This document shows, piece after piece, positions 50,488-59,469 of a stretch of 64,000 nucleotides of DNA. Under the pieces are notes generated by a model. That model was not told the DNA's origin and did not search any database. It was given only the letters and a program-made list of their open reading frames with translations. This DNA comes from Verrucomicrobiota bacterium (GTDB taxonomy: Bacteria > Verrucomicrobiota > Kiritimatiellia > JAAZAB01). Position numbers and translations under genes: made by a program. The DNA is taken from NCBI GenBank assembly GCA_018898455.1, contig JAHIJO010000152.1, forward strand, positions 2,737 through 66,736, written 5' to 3'. How positions within the stretch are numbered: the stretch's first letter is position 1; each line of letters starts with the position of its first letter.

Positions 50488-51093
50488 ATGAGCACTAAGG
50501 CAAAATCTATTCTTGAGATGGCCCGGCGCAAGGGTTTCATCAGAGCGCGCGACCTTATTCAGCACGCTATTCCAACTGTTTACCTTGGACGACTTACCCG
50601 CCAGGGTCTGCTCGAGCGCGTCAGCCGCGGGCTTTATCGTCTGCCGAATGCTGAGGTGACAGAGCACTATTCACTGGCAGAGGTGGCCGCCAAGGTGCCG
50701 GCCGGGGTGATTTGCCTGCTTTCAGCGCTCAGATTCCACGGCATCGGCACACAACAGCCGCACGAAGTATGGCTGGCCATTCCGGAGAAAGCGCGGCGCC
50801 CACGAATGACAAAGCCGCGCCTGCGCCTGTTCCGCTTCTCCAAGGCGGCCTTTACGGAGGGTGTGGAGACTCACGTGATCCAAGGAGTGCCGGTTCGGGT
50901 TTATAGCCCGGCCAAGACGGTAGCCGACTGCTTTAAGTATCGAAATAAAATTGGGCTGGATGTAGCCATGGAGGCGCTCCGGGAAAGCCTGCGGTCCCGT
51001 AAGTGCACACGGGACGACATTCATCGCCAGGCCCGGATATGCCGGGTGTGGAATGTCATGCGACCCTACCTGGAAATGGAGGCTTCATCGTGA
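50488..51093 (+). CDS. Type IV toxin-antitoxin antitoxin AbiEi (AbiEi_4 transcriptional regulator)
   Basis: N-terminal wHTH (ARDLIQ...GRLTRQGLLERVSRGLYRL) and C-terminal AbiEi domain. Confidence 0.75.
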   Translation: MSTKAKSILEMARRKGFIRARDLIQHAIPTVYLGRLTRQGLLERVSRGLYRLPNAEVTEHYSLAEVAAKVPAGVICLLSALRFHGIGTQQPHEVWLAIPEKARRPRMTKPRLRLFRFSKAAFTEGVETHVIQGVPVRVYSPAKTVADCFKYRNKIGLDVAMEALRESLRSRKCTRDDIHRQARICRVWNVMRPYLEMEASS

Positions 51094-51983
51094 CCCGCGC
51101 CCAACCCGTCAACACGGCGGCCTCAGTTAAACAGCGGCTTCTCAATCTGGCGCGTGAAAAAGGCGATGATTTTCAAGCCGTTCTCCAGCGTTATGGCCTC
51201 GAACGGATACTCTACCGGCTCGGTCAATCGCCCTATGTCTCAGACTACGTGCTCAAAGGCGCCCAATTATTTTTGATATGGCATGGCGACTATTATCGGC
51301 CCACGGCTGACGCCGACCTGCTGGGGCGCGGATCTGCTGATCCCGAAGATCAAAAGAAGCTATGGACGGCCATCAGCCAGGTTCCCTGCAAGGAAGACGG
51401 CCTAACCATTGACACGCAGAGCATCCGAGTGGCGGTGTCACAGATAGGCGCGGAGTATTCGGGCGTACGAATCACTATGACCGCGTTTCTGGAACGCACC
51501 CGGATACCCTTGCAAGTGGATATTGGCTTTGGTGATGCTGTTGTTCCGCGGCCCCGCCGGCAAGATTTTCCGGTTCTATTGCAGATGCCTGCGCCCCGGC
51601 TATCCGCCTATTGTCCCGAAACCGTTGTGGCGGAGAAATTCGAGGCCATGGTCAAGCTGGGACTGGATAACTCTCGCATGAAGGACTTTTACGACCTCTG
51701 GTTGCTGGCACGCGACTATAAATTTGACGGTGATGTTTTGGCCCATGCGATAAAGGCCACTTTTGCCAGGCGCAAAACCCGGCTTCCCGAGACAACACCC
51801 GTGGCGCTAACGGAGGAATTCTACAATGCGGCTATCAAACGCCAGCAATGGAAAGCCTTCCTAAACAAGGGACAATTTACCGAGCGCGAAGAAGAATTTG
51901 GCGCCGTTTGCCATAGGATCAGGATGTTCATCATGCCGGTTGTGGAATCTATAATGGCGGAGCATGGGCATTCCAAGCATTAG
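51090..51983 (+). CDS. AbiEii/AbiGii-family nucleotidyltransferase toxin (DUF1814)
   Basis: The GTG start overlaps the antitoxin stop (GTGA). Size (~297 aa) and family-like sequence. Confidence 0.65.
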   Translation: MTRAQPVNTAASVKQRLLNLAREKGDDFQAVLQRYGLERILYRLGQSPYVSDYVLKGAQLFLIWHGDYYRPTADADLLGRGSADPEDQKKLWTAISQVPCKEDGLTIDTQSIRVAVSQIGAEYSGVRITMTAFLERTRIPLQVDIGFGDAVVPRPRRQDFPVLLQMPAPRLSAYCPETVVAEKFEAMVKLGLDNSRMKDFYDLWLLARDYKFDGDVLAHAIKATFARRKTRLPETTPVALTEEFYNAAIKRQQWKAFLNKGQFTEREEEFGAVCHRIRMFIMPVVESIMAEHGHSKH

Positions 51984-52001
51984 CAGAGCGGGGACCGGCC
52001 C

Positions 52002-52319
52002 CTATCCGGTCGCCATTGCAATAATGTCAGCCCGAATTTTTTTCCAGTTCTTGCCATTCAACTTTTCGCCCAGAGCCTTGACTGGGGCGGCTTCAATCAT
52101 CTTTGTCGATTTCGCCGGCGGCAATGCCTTGGAGCTGCTCGCGGTAAATGCCGGCAATGCCAGCACTACATCACGGGCGGTCGCCTCGGAAACGTGCGTG
52201 TAGTGCGCGGTCATGGCTGGGTTGGCGTGTCCAACGCTGTCCTGTATTACCGCTTGTGGCGTGGCCGCGGGCAGGGATACCCAGGTATGCCGCAGACTGT
52301 GAAAGCCGTCATCTACCAC
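52002..52319 (-). pseudogene. Tyrosine recombinase/integrase C-terminal remnant
   Basis: FHSLRHTWVSL...GHANPAMTAHYTHV carries the catalytic His/Arg/Tyr region. An in-frame stop lies 3 codons upstream of the first codon, so the catalytic N-terminal two-thirds are missing. Confidence 0.6.
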
Positions 52320-52418
52320 GCCCGGCTATCCCCGCCAAAATCGCCGGCGGCGTTGGGCTGAAATTCCACGGTCGGGGTCGGGTTGGTTAAGCTCACCATA
52401 GCAAGCCGTGGGAAGTCT

Positions 52419-53402
52419 TCACTTTTTCCGCAAGATGCTCAAGAAATCGCTGTCGGTGGAGAGGATCAGCTTGGTATCCGCAGGAATGGCTTTCTTGCAT
52501 GCCTCCAGCTTGCGCAGAAACTCGTAAAACTCCGGGTCAGCATTCATGGCCTCGCCGTAGATCGCAATGGCAACCGCCTCCGCCTCGCCCTTGATTTCCT
52601 GTTCCTTCCGATAGGCTTCGGAAGCGATTCCCTGCAGATCACGGCTGATTTTACCGCGGATCTCAGCCTTCTTGCCAAGCCCGATGGAGCGAATTTTCTG
52701 GGCGATCCGCTTGCGCTCCGAGATCATCCGTTCATAGACTTTCGTTTCCACGCTGGCCTCGTAGGCGATGCGCCGCAACTGGACATCAATCAGTTCGATG
52801 CCGAATTGTTTAAGCTCCTTGGCGGCCCGTTCCCCGATAATGGCGCTTAACTTCTCTCTGCCGATAAAGACAGGCTCGATCTCGCCGGTCACCTCATCTT
52901 CCTCGCCGGGGACTTCACCCTTCTTTATTTGCGCCAACCGCTCCTTGGCTATTATTAAAATAGCATCGGTATTCCGCACCGCCTCCACCAGGTTGTGACT
53001 GGAAATGGTATCGCGGGTCACCGAATCGAGGATCCCATCCATCCTCGCGCGAGCGCCATTCTCCGATTGAACGGTCTGGATAAACAACAGAGGATCTATA
53101 ATGCGCCAGCGCGCTGTCGTGTCCACGTGGATATACTTCTTGTCTTTGGTTGGAATCCGGTTAGGGTCGCCGTCCCAGTTCAGGATGCGTTTGTCTATCC
53201 GACGCACCATCTGAATGAACGGGATTTTGAAATGAAGCCCCGCCTTGGTGACCGCCACGCCCACCGGTTTGCCGAACTGGGTGATGATGGCCTGTTCCCA
53301 TTCCTGTATAATATACAGAGAGGCCTTCATGAGGACGAGGACGACCAAGAACAAAACCAGTAGCAGACCGACCCCCATGGATTTAAAGGATTGCTGATTC
53401 AT
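52419..53402 (-). CDS. hflC: Protease modulator HflC (SPFH family)
   Basis: N-terminal TM, band-7 core, 4-bp overlap with upstream hflK. Confidence 0.85.
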   Translation of the reverse strand: MNQQSFKSMGVGLLLVLFLVVLVLMKASLYIIQEWEQAIITQFGKPVGVAVTKAGLHFKIPFIQMVRRIDKRILNWDGDPNRIPTKDKKYIHVDTTARWRIIDPLLFIQTVQSENGARARMDGILDSVTRDTISSHNLVEAVRNTDAILIIAKERLAQIKKGEVPGEEDEVTGEIEPVFIGREKLSAIIGERAAKELKQFGIELIDVQLRRIAYEASVETKVYERMISERKRIAQKIRSIGLGKKAEIRGKISRDLQGIASEAYRKEQEIKGEAEAVAIAIYGEAMNADPEFYEFLRKLEACKKAIPADTKLILSTDSDFLSILRKK

Positions 53403-54436
53403 GGCCGCTCCTCCCCTCGACTGGAAGCTGCGTTCAGCGCCGGAGCGAAAATGGGCAGCACCCCCTTGACCTTATCATCCACGATGGTCAGTTCTTTGAA
53501 GCGCCCGTACAACTCCTCCATCGCCTCCAGGTAGAGCCGAGTCCGGGTAACCTGCGGGGAATTTTTGTAAGCAATTAACCGAGCGGTAAATCGTTTCGCG
53601 TCGCCCTGAGCCATGTTCACCTTGGCAGTCGCATACCCTTGTGCATCGCGGATAGTCTGTTCCGCTTTTCCTCGGGCCTCCGGAATAACCTTGTTGTATT
53701 CTTCCTCCGCCTGGTTGATGACCTTCTCCTGTTCCTGCTTGGCCTCGTTGACTTCATTGAAGGCCGGTTTGACCGATTCGGGAGGATTAATATCCTGCAG
53801 TTTAATCGCGACGATACGGACCCCCATGTCGTAGCGGTCCAGGACTTCCTGGGTGAGTTTCTCGGCCTCCACGGCGATTTCAATCCGCCCCACAGTCAAA
53901 ACATCGCTCACCAGGCGGTCCCCCACCACCCGCCGCATGATGGACTGCGAGACATCGCGAATATTCTTGATGCCATCCCGGACGTTGAATATGTACTTTT
54001 GGGGCTGGACAATCTTATACTGCACGATCCACTCCACGTCCGCCACGTTCAAATCCCCCGTTAGGGTCAAGGATTCCTGATTGTAAGTTGACTTGCCGGA
54101 AAATCCCTGTTCCTGAACACGGAATCCAAACTCCTGCTGCAGAACGCGCTTGGTCGGCACCTTGATGACTTTATCCATGCCAAAGGGAAGCTTGAAATGC
54201 AGTCCCGGCGGCTCGGTGGAGACGTACCGGCCAAATCGAATGATCACCGCCTCCTCCTCGGGTTCCACCGTATAGAATGAGGTGCCGGCCGCCACAAGCA
54301 GGATCAAGGCGCCGATGATGGGAAAAACAACGGCTAACCCCTTCGGATGTCTGCCTTGTCCGAAACCACTTTTCCGGAACTGTCTTACCAGGTCACCAAA
54401 AATATCAGGCTCGTTAATATCAAATGAGTCTGCCAT
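53399..54436 (-). CDS. hflK: Protease modulator HflK (SPFH family)
   Basis: TM plus band-7 core (AVIIRFGRY...PGLHFKLPF). Operon with hflC. Confidence 0.85.
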   Translation of the reverse strand: MADSFDINEPDIFGDLVRQFRKSGFGQGRHPKGLAVVFPIIGALILLVAAGTSFYTVEPEEEAVIIRFGRYVSTEPPGLHFKLPFGMDKVIKVPTKRVLQQEFGFRVQEQGFSGKSTYNQESLTLTGDLNVADVEWIVQYKIVQPQKYIFNVRDGIKNIRDVSQSIMRRVVGDRLVSDVLTVGRIEIAVEAEKLTQEVLDRYDMGVRIVAIKLQDINPPESVKPAFNEVNEAKQEQEKVINQAEEEYNKVIPEARGKAEQTIRDAQGYATAKVNMAQGDAKRFTARLIAYKNSPQVTRTRLYLEAMEELYGRFKELTIVDDKVKGVLPIFAPALNAASSRGEERP

Positions 54437-54790
54437 GCCAATTTACCTTTATCCCCGATTATTTCCTATGCAACTGTTAAAAAACTTCCGGCTCATATAT
54501 TAACGCCGCAACCACACTCCCGTCATAAATTTGTGTAAAACTTACTCCTGCCAAGAAACCTTGTCAAACACTGTTCCTTAGAATGCAAACGCCCATGGCT
54601 TGCCTGGAACCTGGAAGACACCGCCGCCAACTGGCTTCCAACAGCAACACCGAAAAACGGCCATTTTAAGGTGCTGGAGGGACACGCTCAGGTCAATGGC
54701 CTTTTGCGAGGCCCGCGCGATAATCACCGTGGATTTCATGCCTTGCCCTTGCGCCGGTTCTAATATTCGGACGGCGGCACGGCCCCGGAT

Positions 54791-55969
54791 TTATATCCTT
54801 CCTTCTCTCAGGTATTGAATAATCTGGTCCCGATTCAAGTTTTCAAGCCCTAATTCTTTCAGGGAAATTCCATTCTTGAAGAAGTCCTGCCTGCAAACCA
54901 CAGAACCTATTCGGATCATTGATTCTATTATGGGAACATCAACGTTGAATTTTTTAGCCAGATTGTAGCGTACCACAGTCCCCACGGGTATATCCTCGGT
55001 GAAGTACCTGTGTTCGACAGAATTAGGCCCGACTATCGGCGGCAAGATCACATCCCCATACGGGACCCAGTACTCAAACCCCATTACCCCGCCTTTCCAG
55101 TAGAATTGGTCTTCCTGGTGTTTGGCAATCTTGATGTTCATTGCTTCCGCAATTTTTACTTCTTCCTTGTAGAATGCAAACTGGACATGGGAAACTGAAG
55201 GGCTCATTCCGTATTTATACATCGAATATTTGCCCTTCGGAATGCCCAGGGTTCCTTCCATTTCCGATACTTCCATTGCGCCGACGTTCAGGATCGAACC
55301 GGGAACGTGGACAACCGGATTGGGATTGGAAAGATCCACACCGACGATAGTGTCCCCTCTTTTGATTTCAACTACGCCCTCAAATGGCGGGATCTGCTTC
55401 ATAATTTCAATGTATTTATCCCCGTCTTTAGAAGGCAGGGTATCCCACATGATGGAGTGTATCCTCGCTATGCAGTCAAGCTTGCCTGGTCCATCCAGCC
55501 TTACGCCGTAGGGCATGGAACTCCATCCGCCGATTATTATATCCGGGTTGTTTTTTTTCTCGCGCAGCATATTCCTCAACATCAGAGCGCCAAAATTATT
55601 CGGGAAGATGCTAATCACCTGGCCGTTTTCAAGATGCGGGATCATTTTTGCAAAAAACTGTTTCAGTCCTTTTGCCGGGATGGCAACTATCACCAGGCCG
55701 GCGCCTTTTATAGCTTCCGATATGTTTGTAGTAACTACGTCAACCTTTGCAGTTCCAGCTCTTCTAAACCATTTAAAATTGCGCTGCTCTCCGTAAAGTT
55801 CTATTTCGTGATTTTTCAGCACGTCTCCCAGGCTTTGAGCGGCAAATTCCGGCAGTTCGAACAATCTTACTTTATACCCTGCAAGAGTAAACTCAGCCGC
55901 AAAAGTCTGCGCACATGCTCCTCCACCCAGAATCGCAACCGGCTTTTCTAATACTTTCTTTTTTCTCAT
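54791..55969 (-). CDS. NAD(P)-dependent opine (octopine/nopaline) dehydrogenase-family protein
   Basis: N-terminal Rossmann (VAILGGGACAQ) and ODH-type C-terminal helical domain. Noticeably lower GC than its neighbours. Confidence 0.6.
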   Translation of the reverse strand: MRKKKVLEKPVAILGGGACAQTFAAEFTLAGYKVRLFELPEFAAQSLGDVLKNHEIELYGEQRNFKWFRRAGTAKVDVVTTNISEAIKGAGLVIVAIPAKGLKQFFAKMIPHLENGQVISIFPNNFGALMLRNMLREKKNNPDIIIGGWSSMPYGVRLDGPGKLDCIARIHSIMWDTLPSKDGDKYIEIMKQIPPFEGVVEIKRGDTIVGVDLSNPNPVVHVPGSILNVGAMEVSEMEGTLGIPKGKYSMYKYGMSPSVSHVQFAFYKEEVKIAEAMNIKIAKHQEDQFYWKGGVMGFEYWVPYGDVILPPIVGPNSVEHRYFTEDIPVGTVVRYNLAKKFNVDVPIIESMIRIGSVVCRQDFFKNGISLKELGLENLNRDQIIQYLREGRI

Positions 55970-56506
55970 TTGTCCTCCTGTTAATTCAAGTTTAGGATGT
56001 AACTTATCGGTACAAGAAATTTACCCTCTTTAACAACAAAGGAAGATTCAAAAAAATAGGATAGGCCAAAATGAGTAAAATATCAAAATACTGCCCGGTT
56101 TATTTTAAATAAAAATATTACAACACTATGAATATCATTGCGTTATGAATGCTTTTCTCGTTTTCGATTTCAATTTGGGCGCACATTGGCTCATTTATCC
56201 ACATCCCACCATCAGTCTTACAGAATACGGTACGCATTCATTCCACCCTCCGACAACAACCGAACCGCATCGGACGTGAAGATCTGGATTTATCATTATT
56301 TTCTATATCATGCGGAGAAGCTCATGCCAAGCCTGATGTAAAATTGAATGTTTGAGTTGACTGCACGGCAGGATTTCCTATCTTATCAACTCAGCAGGTG
56401 ATTTTGTTCATCCGGGGTGAGCCAAGATAATTTTCCGTAACCCGTGGCCGACGGTTCACCGGGCGCTGATGATATCCACGGAAACTGTTGAGACGAAGGA
56501 GGCGGA

Positions 56507-58426
56507 ATGAAACCGGAGATGCTGGTTCGATGGACAAGGGAAAATGCGGCGGACCTCTATGGCATCCGTAACTGGGGCCTGGGCTATTTCGATATCTCGG
56601 AAAGCGGCGAGGTGATTGTCCGTCCCGGCGGACCGGCCGGCGATGCCACGGTCAATCTCATGGATCTGATCACCGGGTTAAAAGCACGGGGACTAACCAT
56701 GCCTGTCCTCTTGCGGTTTGCCGATATCCTCTCATCGCGCATTGAACAATTGTACACCAGCTTCAACACCGCCATCCGCGACTGCGGCTACAAGAACCAG
56801 TATCGGGGCGTGTATCCCATCAAGGTCAACCAGCAGAAACAGGTGGTGGCCGAAATTGTCGAATTCGGCCGCGCCCATCATCACGGCCTGGAAGCGGGCA
56901 GCAAGGCCGAACTCATGGCGGCCATTGCCTACACCGAGGACCCCGAAGCCCTGATCGTCTGCAACGGCTACAAGGACGAGGAATACATCGACCTGGCCCT
57001 GTACACGCTCAAGATGGGACTGCAGACCATCCTCGTCATTGAGATTCCGGAAGAGCTCGATCTGATTCTGAACCGGGCGGCACAGCTGGGCATCAAGCCA
57101 CGGCTGGGCGTACGAGTCAAGCTTTCAAGCCGGGCCGGCGGACACTGGGACGGGTCCGGCGGAGACCGCAGCATGTTCGGCGTCAACGCCGCCCAGCTCA
57201 TCACCATCATTGACCGGCTGAGAAAAGAAAACATGCTCGATGGCCTGCAAATGCTTCACTTCCACCTGGGCTCACAGGTTACCAACATCCGCAATATCCG
57301 CTCCGCCCTGAAAGAAGCCTGCCGCTTTTATGTGGAAATAGCGAAGGAAGGCGCCGCCATGGGACTGCTCAACATCGGGGGCGGCCTGGCCGTTGATTAC
57401 GATGGTTCCCATACTAATTTTGCCAGCAGTCGGAATTACACGGAGCAGGAATACGCCGTTGACGTCGTTGAAACCATCATGGCATCCGTCAACGATGCCG
57501 GCATTCCCCACCCCATGATCGTCAGTGAATCCGGACGGGCCACCGTGGCCTATCATTCCCTGCTGGTCTTCAACATCCTGAATGTCAGTCGTTTTGAGCC
57601 CCACTCCGATGCCGGCACCGAAAAAGTCCCCGACAAACTCCATCATATGCTCAACAACCTGATCGAAGTGCGCAATGCGCTATCCTCGAAAAACCTGCAA
57701 GAATGCTATCACGATGCCGTGGATTACCGGGATGAAATCCGCGCTCTCTTCCAGCAGGGCACGCTCTCCCTGCGGGAACGGGCTTTCGCCGAAAACATCT
57801 TCTGGGACATCATCTGCCGCATTGCGGCGGAAAATCGCGAACGGAAATACGTGCCCGAGGAACTCCAGGGCATGGAAGTGGCCATCGCGGACCTGTATTA
57901 TGCCAACTTCAGCGTGTTCCAATCCCTGCCGGACTCCTGGGCTATCGATCAGCTCTTCCCGGTCATGCCGATTCATCGACTGAGCGAAATGCCTACGCGC
58001 CAGGCTACGATCGCCGACATCACCTGCGATTCCGACGGCAAAATCGACCGTTTCATTGATTTGCACGATGTGAAGTCCACCCTGCCGCTGCACGAATGGA
58101 ACGGCGAAGACTATTATGTGGGCGTCTTTCTGGTTGGCGCCTACCAGGAAACGCTGGGCGACCTGCACAACCTGCTGGGCGACACCAACGTTTTGCACGT
58201 GCGGATCGGGAAGGACGGCCAGGTGGAATACGCCCATGAAATCTCGGGCGACACGGTATCCGACGTTTTATCTTATGTGGAATACGATCCGCGGGAAATG
58301 ATCAACCGCGTACGAACGACGGCGGAACAAGCAGTCCGCGATGGCCGGATATCGGCGGTGGAACGCCGCGAGATCATGTCAGCCTATGAAACCGGCATGC
58401 GCGGTTACACCTATTTTGAAACCTAA
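56507..58426 (+). CDS. speA: Biosynthetic arginine decarboxylase
   Basis: Colinear SpeA sequence (RNWGLGYF.I...GVYPIKVNQQ). Confidence 0.9.
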   Translation: MKPEMLVRWTRENAADLYGIRNWGLGYFDISESGEVIVRPGGPAGDATVNLMDLITGLKARGLTMPVLLRFADILSSRIEQLYTSFNTAIRDCGYKNQYRGVYPIKVNQQKQVVAEIVEFGRAHHHGLEAGSKAELMAAIAYTEDPEALIVCNGYKDEEYIDLALYTLKMGLQTILVIEIPEELDLILNRAAQLGIKPRLGVRVKLSSRAGGHWDGSGGDRSMFGVNAAQLITIIDRLRKENMLDGLQMLHFHLGSQVTNIRNIRSALKEACRFYVEIAKEGAAMGLLNIGGGLAVDYDGSHTNFASSRNYTEQEYAVDVVETIMASVNDAGIPHPMIVSESGRATVAYHSLLVFNILNVSRFEPHSDAGTEKVPDKLHHMLNNLIEVRNALSSKNLQECYHDAVDYRDEIRALFQQGTLSLRERAFAENIFWDIICRIAAENRERKYVPEELQGMEVAIADLYYANFSVFQSLPDSWAIDQLFPVMPIHRLSEMPTRQATIADITCDSDGKIDRFIDLHDVKSTLPLHEWNGEDYYVGVFLVGAYQETLGDLHNLLGDTNVLHVRIGKDGQVEYAHEISGDTVSDVLSYVEYDPREMINRVRTTAEQAVRDGRISAVERREIMSAYETGMRGYTYFET

Positions 58427-58482
58427 ATTTTTCGCCTGGTGAAAAATTCATAGCGCCCCGCGGCGGGCAAGAGACCTTCTCC

Positions 58483-59469
58483 ATGAAATCGAAAATAGAA
58501 CCCGGCCGGACCAAGACGCCAGCCAGACATTCCGCCACGTCGCCCCGCCAAGCCGGGGCAAGTGGCCCCTTGGCCGCCGACGGGGCAATCCGCAGCCCGC
58601 ACTTCCTGGAATACGATCCCGCTTGGGTCCATAACCCGGACGCCCCCTATGCGGTGTTGCCGGTGCCCTACGAACGCACCGTAAGCTATGGACGGGGCAC
58701 GGCCCATGCCCCTCAAGCCATCCTTGACGCCAGCAACCATCTGGAACTCTTCGACGAGGAACTCCTGATCGCTCCATGCCTGCGGGTTCAGACGCTTCCG
58801 GAAACGGACTGTCGTAGCGGCACCGAAGAACAGGCGCTCCAGGCGATCCGGGAAGCAGCCCTGTCGGTCATGAGCCGGCGACGGTTTCTCATGGCCTTTG
58901 GCGGCGAACACACAATCACGGCGCCGCTGGTTGCGGCGGCCCGGTCGGTCTGGAAATCCCTTTCCATCCTGCACTTGGACGCCCATCTTGATCTGCGCAA
59001 CGAATACCAGGGCAACCGGTTTTCCCACGCCTGCGTCATGCGGCGGATCATGGATATGGACGTACCGATCGTGCACGTCGGTATCCGCAGTCTCTGCGAA
59101 GAGGAATATCGACTTGTCATCGATCGCGGATTATGTGTATTCTGGGCGCGTGCTATGGCCAAAACCGGCGCTGAGGCCTGGATGGAACCGGCGATCGCCA
59201 GTCTTTCCCGGCAGGTTTATATTACCATGGATGTCGACAGCTTGGATCCGTCACTGATGCCGGGGACTGGAACCCCCGAACCGGGCGGACTTTCGTGGCA
59301 GGACGTTACCGGCCTGCTGCAACGGCTCTGTTCAGCGCGCGAAGTCGTGGCGGCGGATATCGTTGAAGTCGTTCCCATTCCCGGAACGCCGCTCTGCGAA
59401 TACACGGCGGCGCGACTGGCCGCCAAGCTCATGACCTATAACGAGCAACAGCAACACCATCATGCCTGA
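58483..59469 (+). CDS. speB: Agmatinase (arginase/ureohydrolase family)
   Basis: Mn-binding blocks (GGEHTIT, HLDAHLDLR, DVDSLDPS..PGTGTPEPGG). Follows speA. Confidence 0.8.
   Translation: MKSKIEPGRTKTPARHSATSPRQAGASGPLAADGAIRSPHFLEYDPAWVHNPDAPYAVLPVPYERTVSYGRGTAHAPQAILDASNHLELFDEELLIAPCLRVQTLPETDCRSGTEEQALQAIREAALSVMSRRRFLMAFGGEHTITAPLVAAARSVWKSLSILHLDAHLDLRNEYQGNRFSHACVMRRIMDMDVPIVHVGIRSLCEEEYRLVIDRGLCVFWARAMAKTGAEAWMEPAIASLSRQVYITMDVDSLDPSLMPGTGTPEPGGLSWQDVTGLLQRLCSAREVVAADIVEVVPIPGTPLCEYTAARLAAKLMTYNEQQQHHHA

Noticed and set aside
52148-52390. 80-aa ORF on the + strand over the integrase remnant
   Set aside because: It is antisense to the recognisable integrase C-terminal coding remnant and its translation is low complexity.
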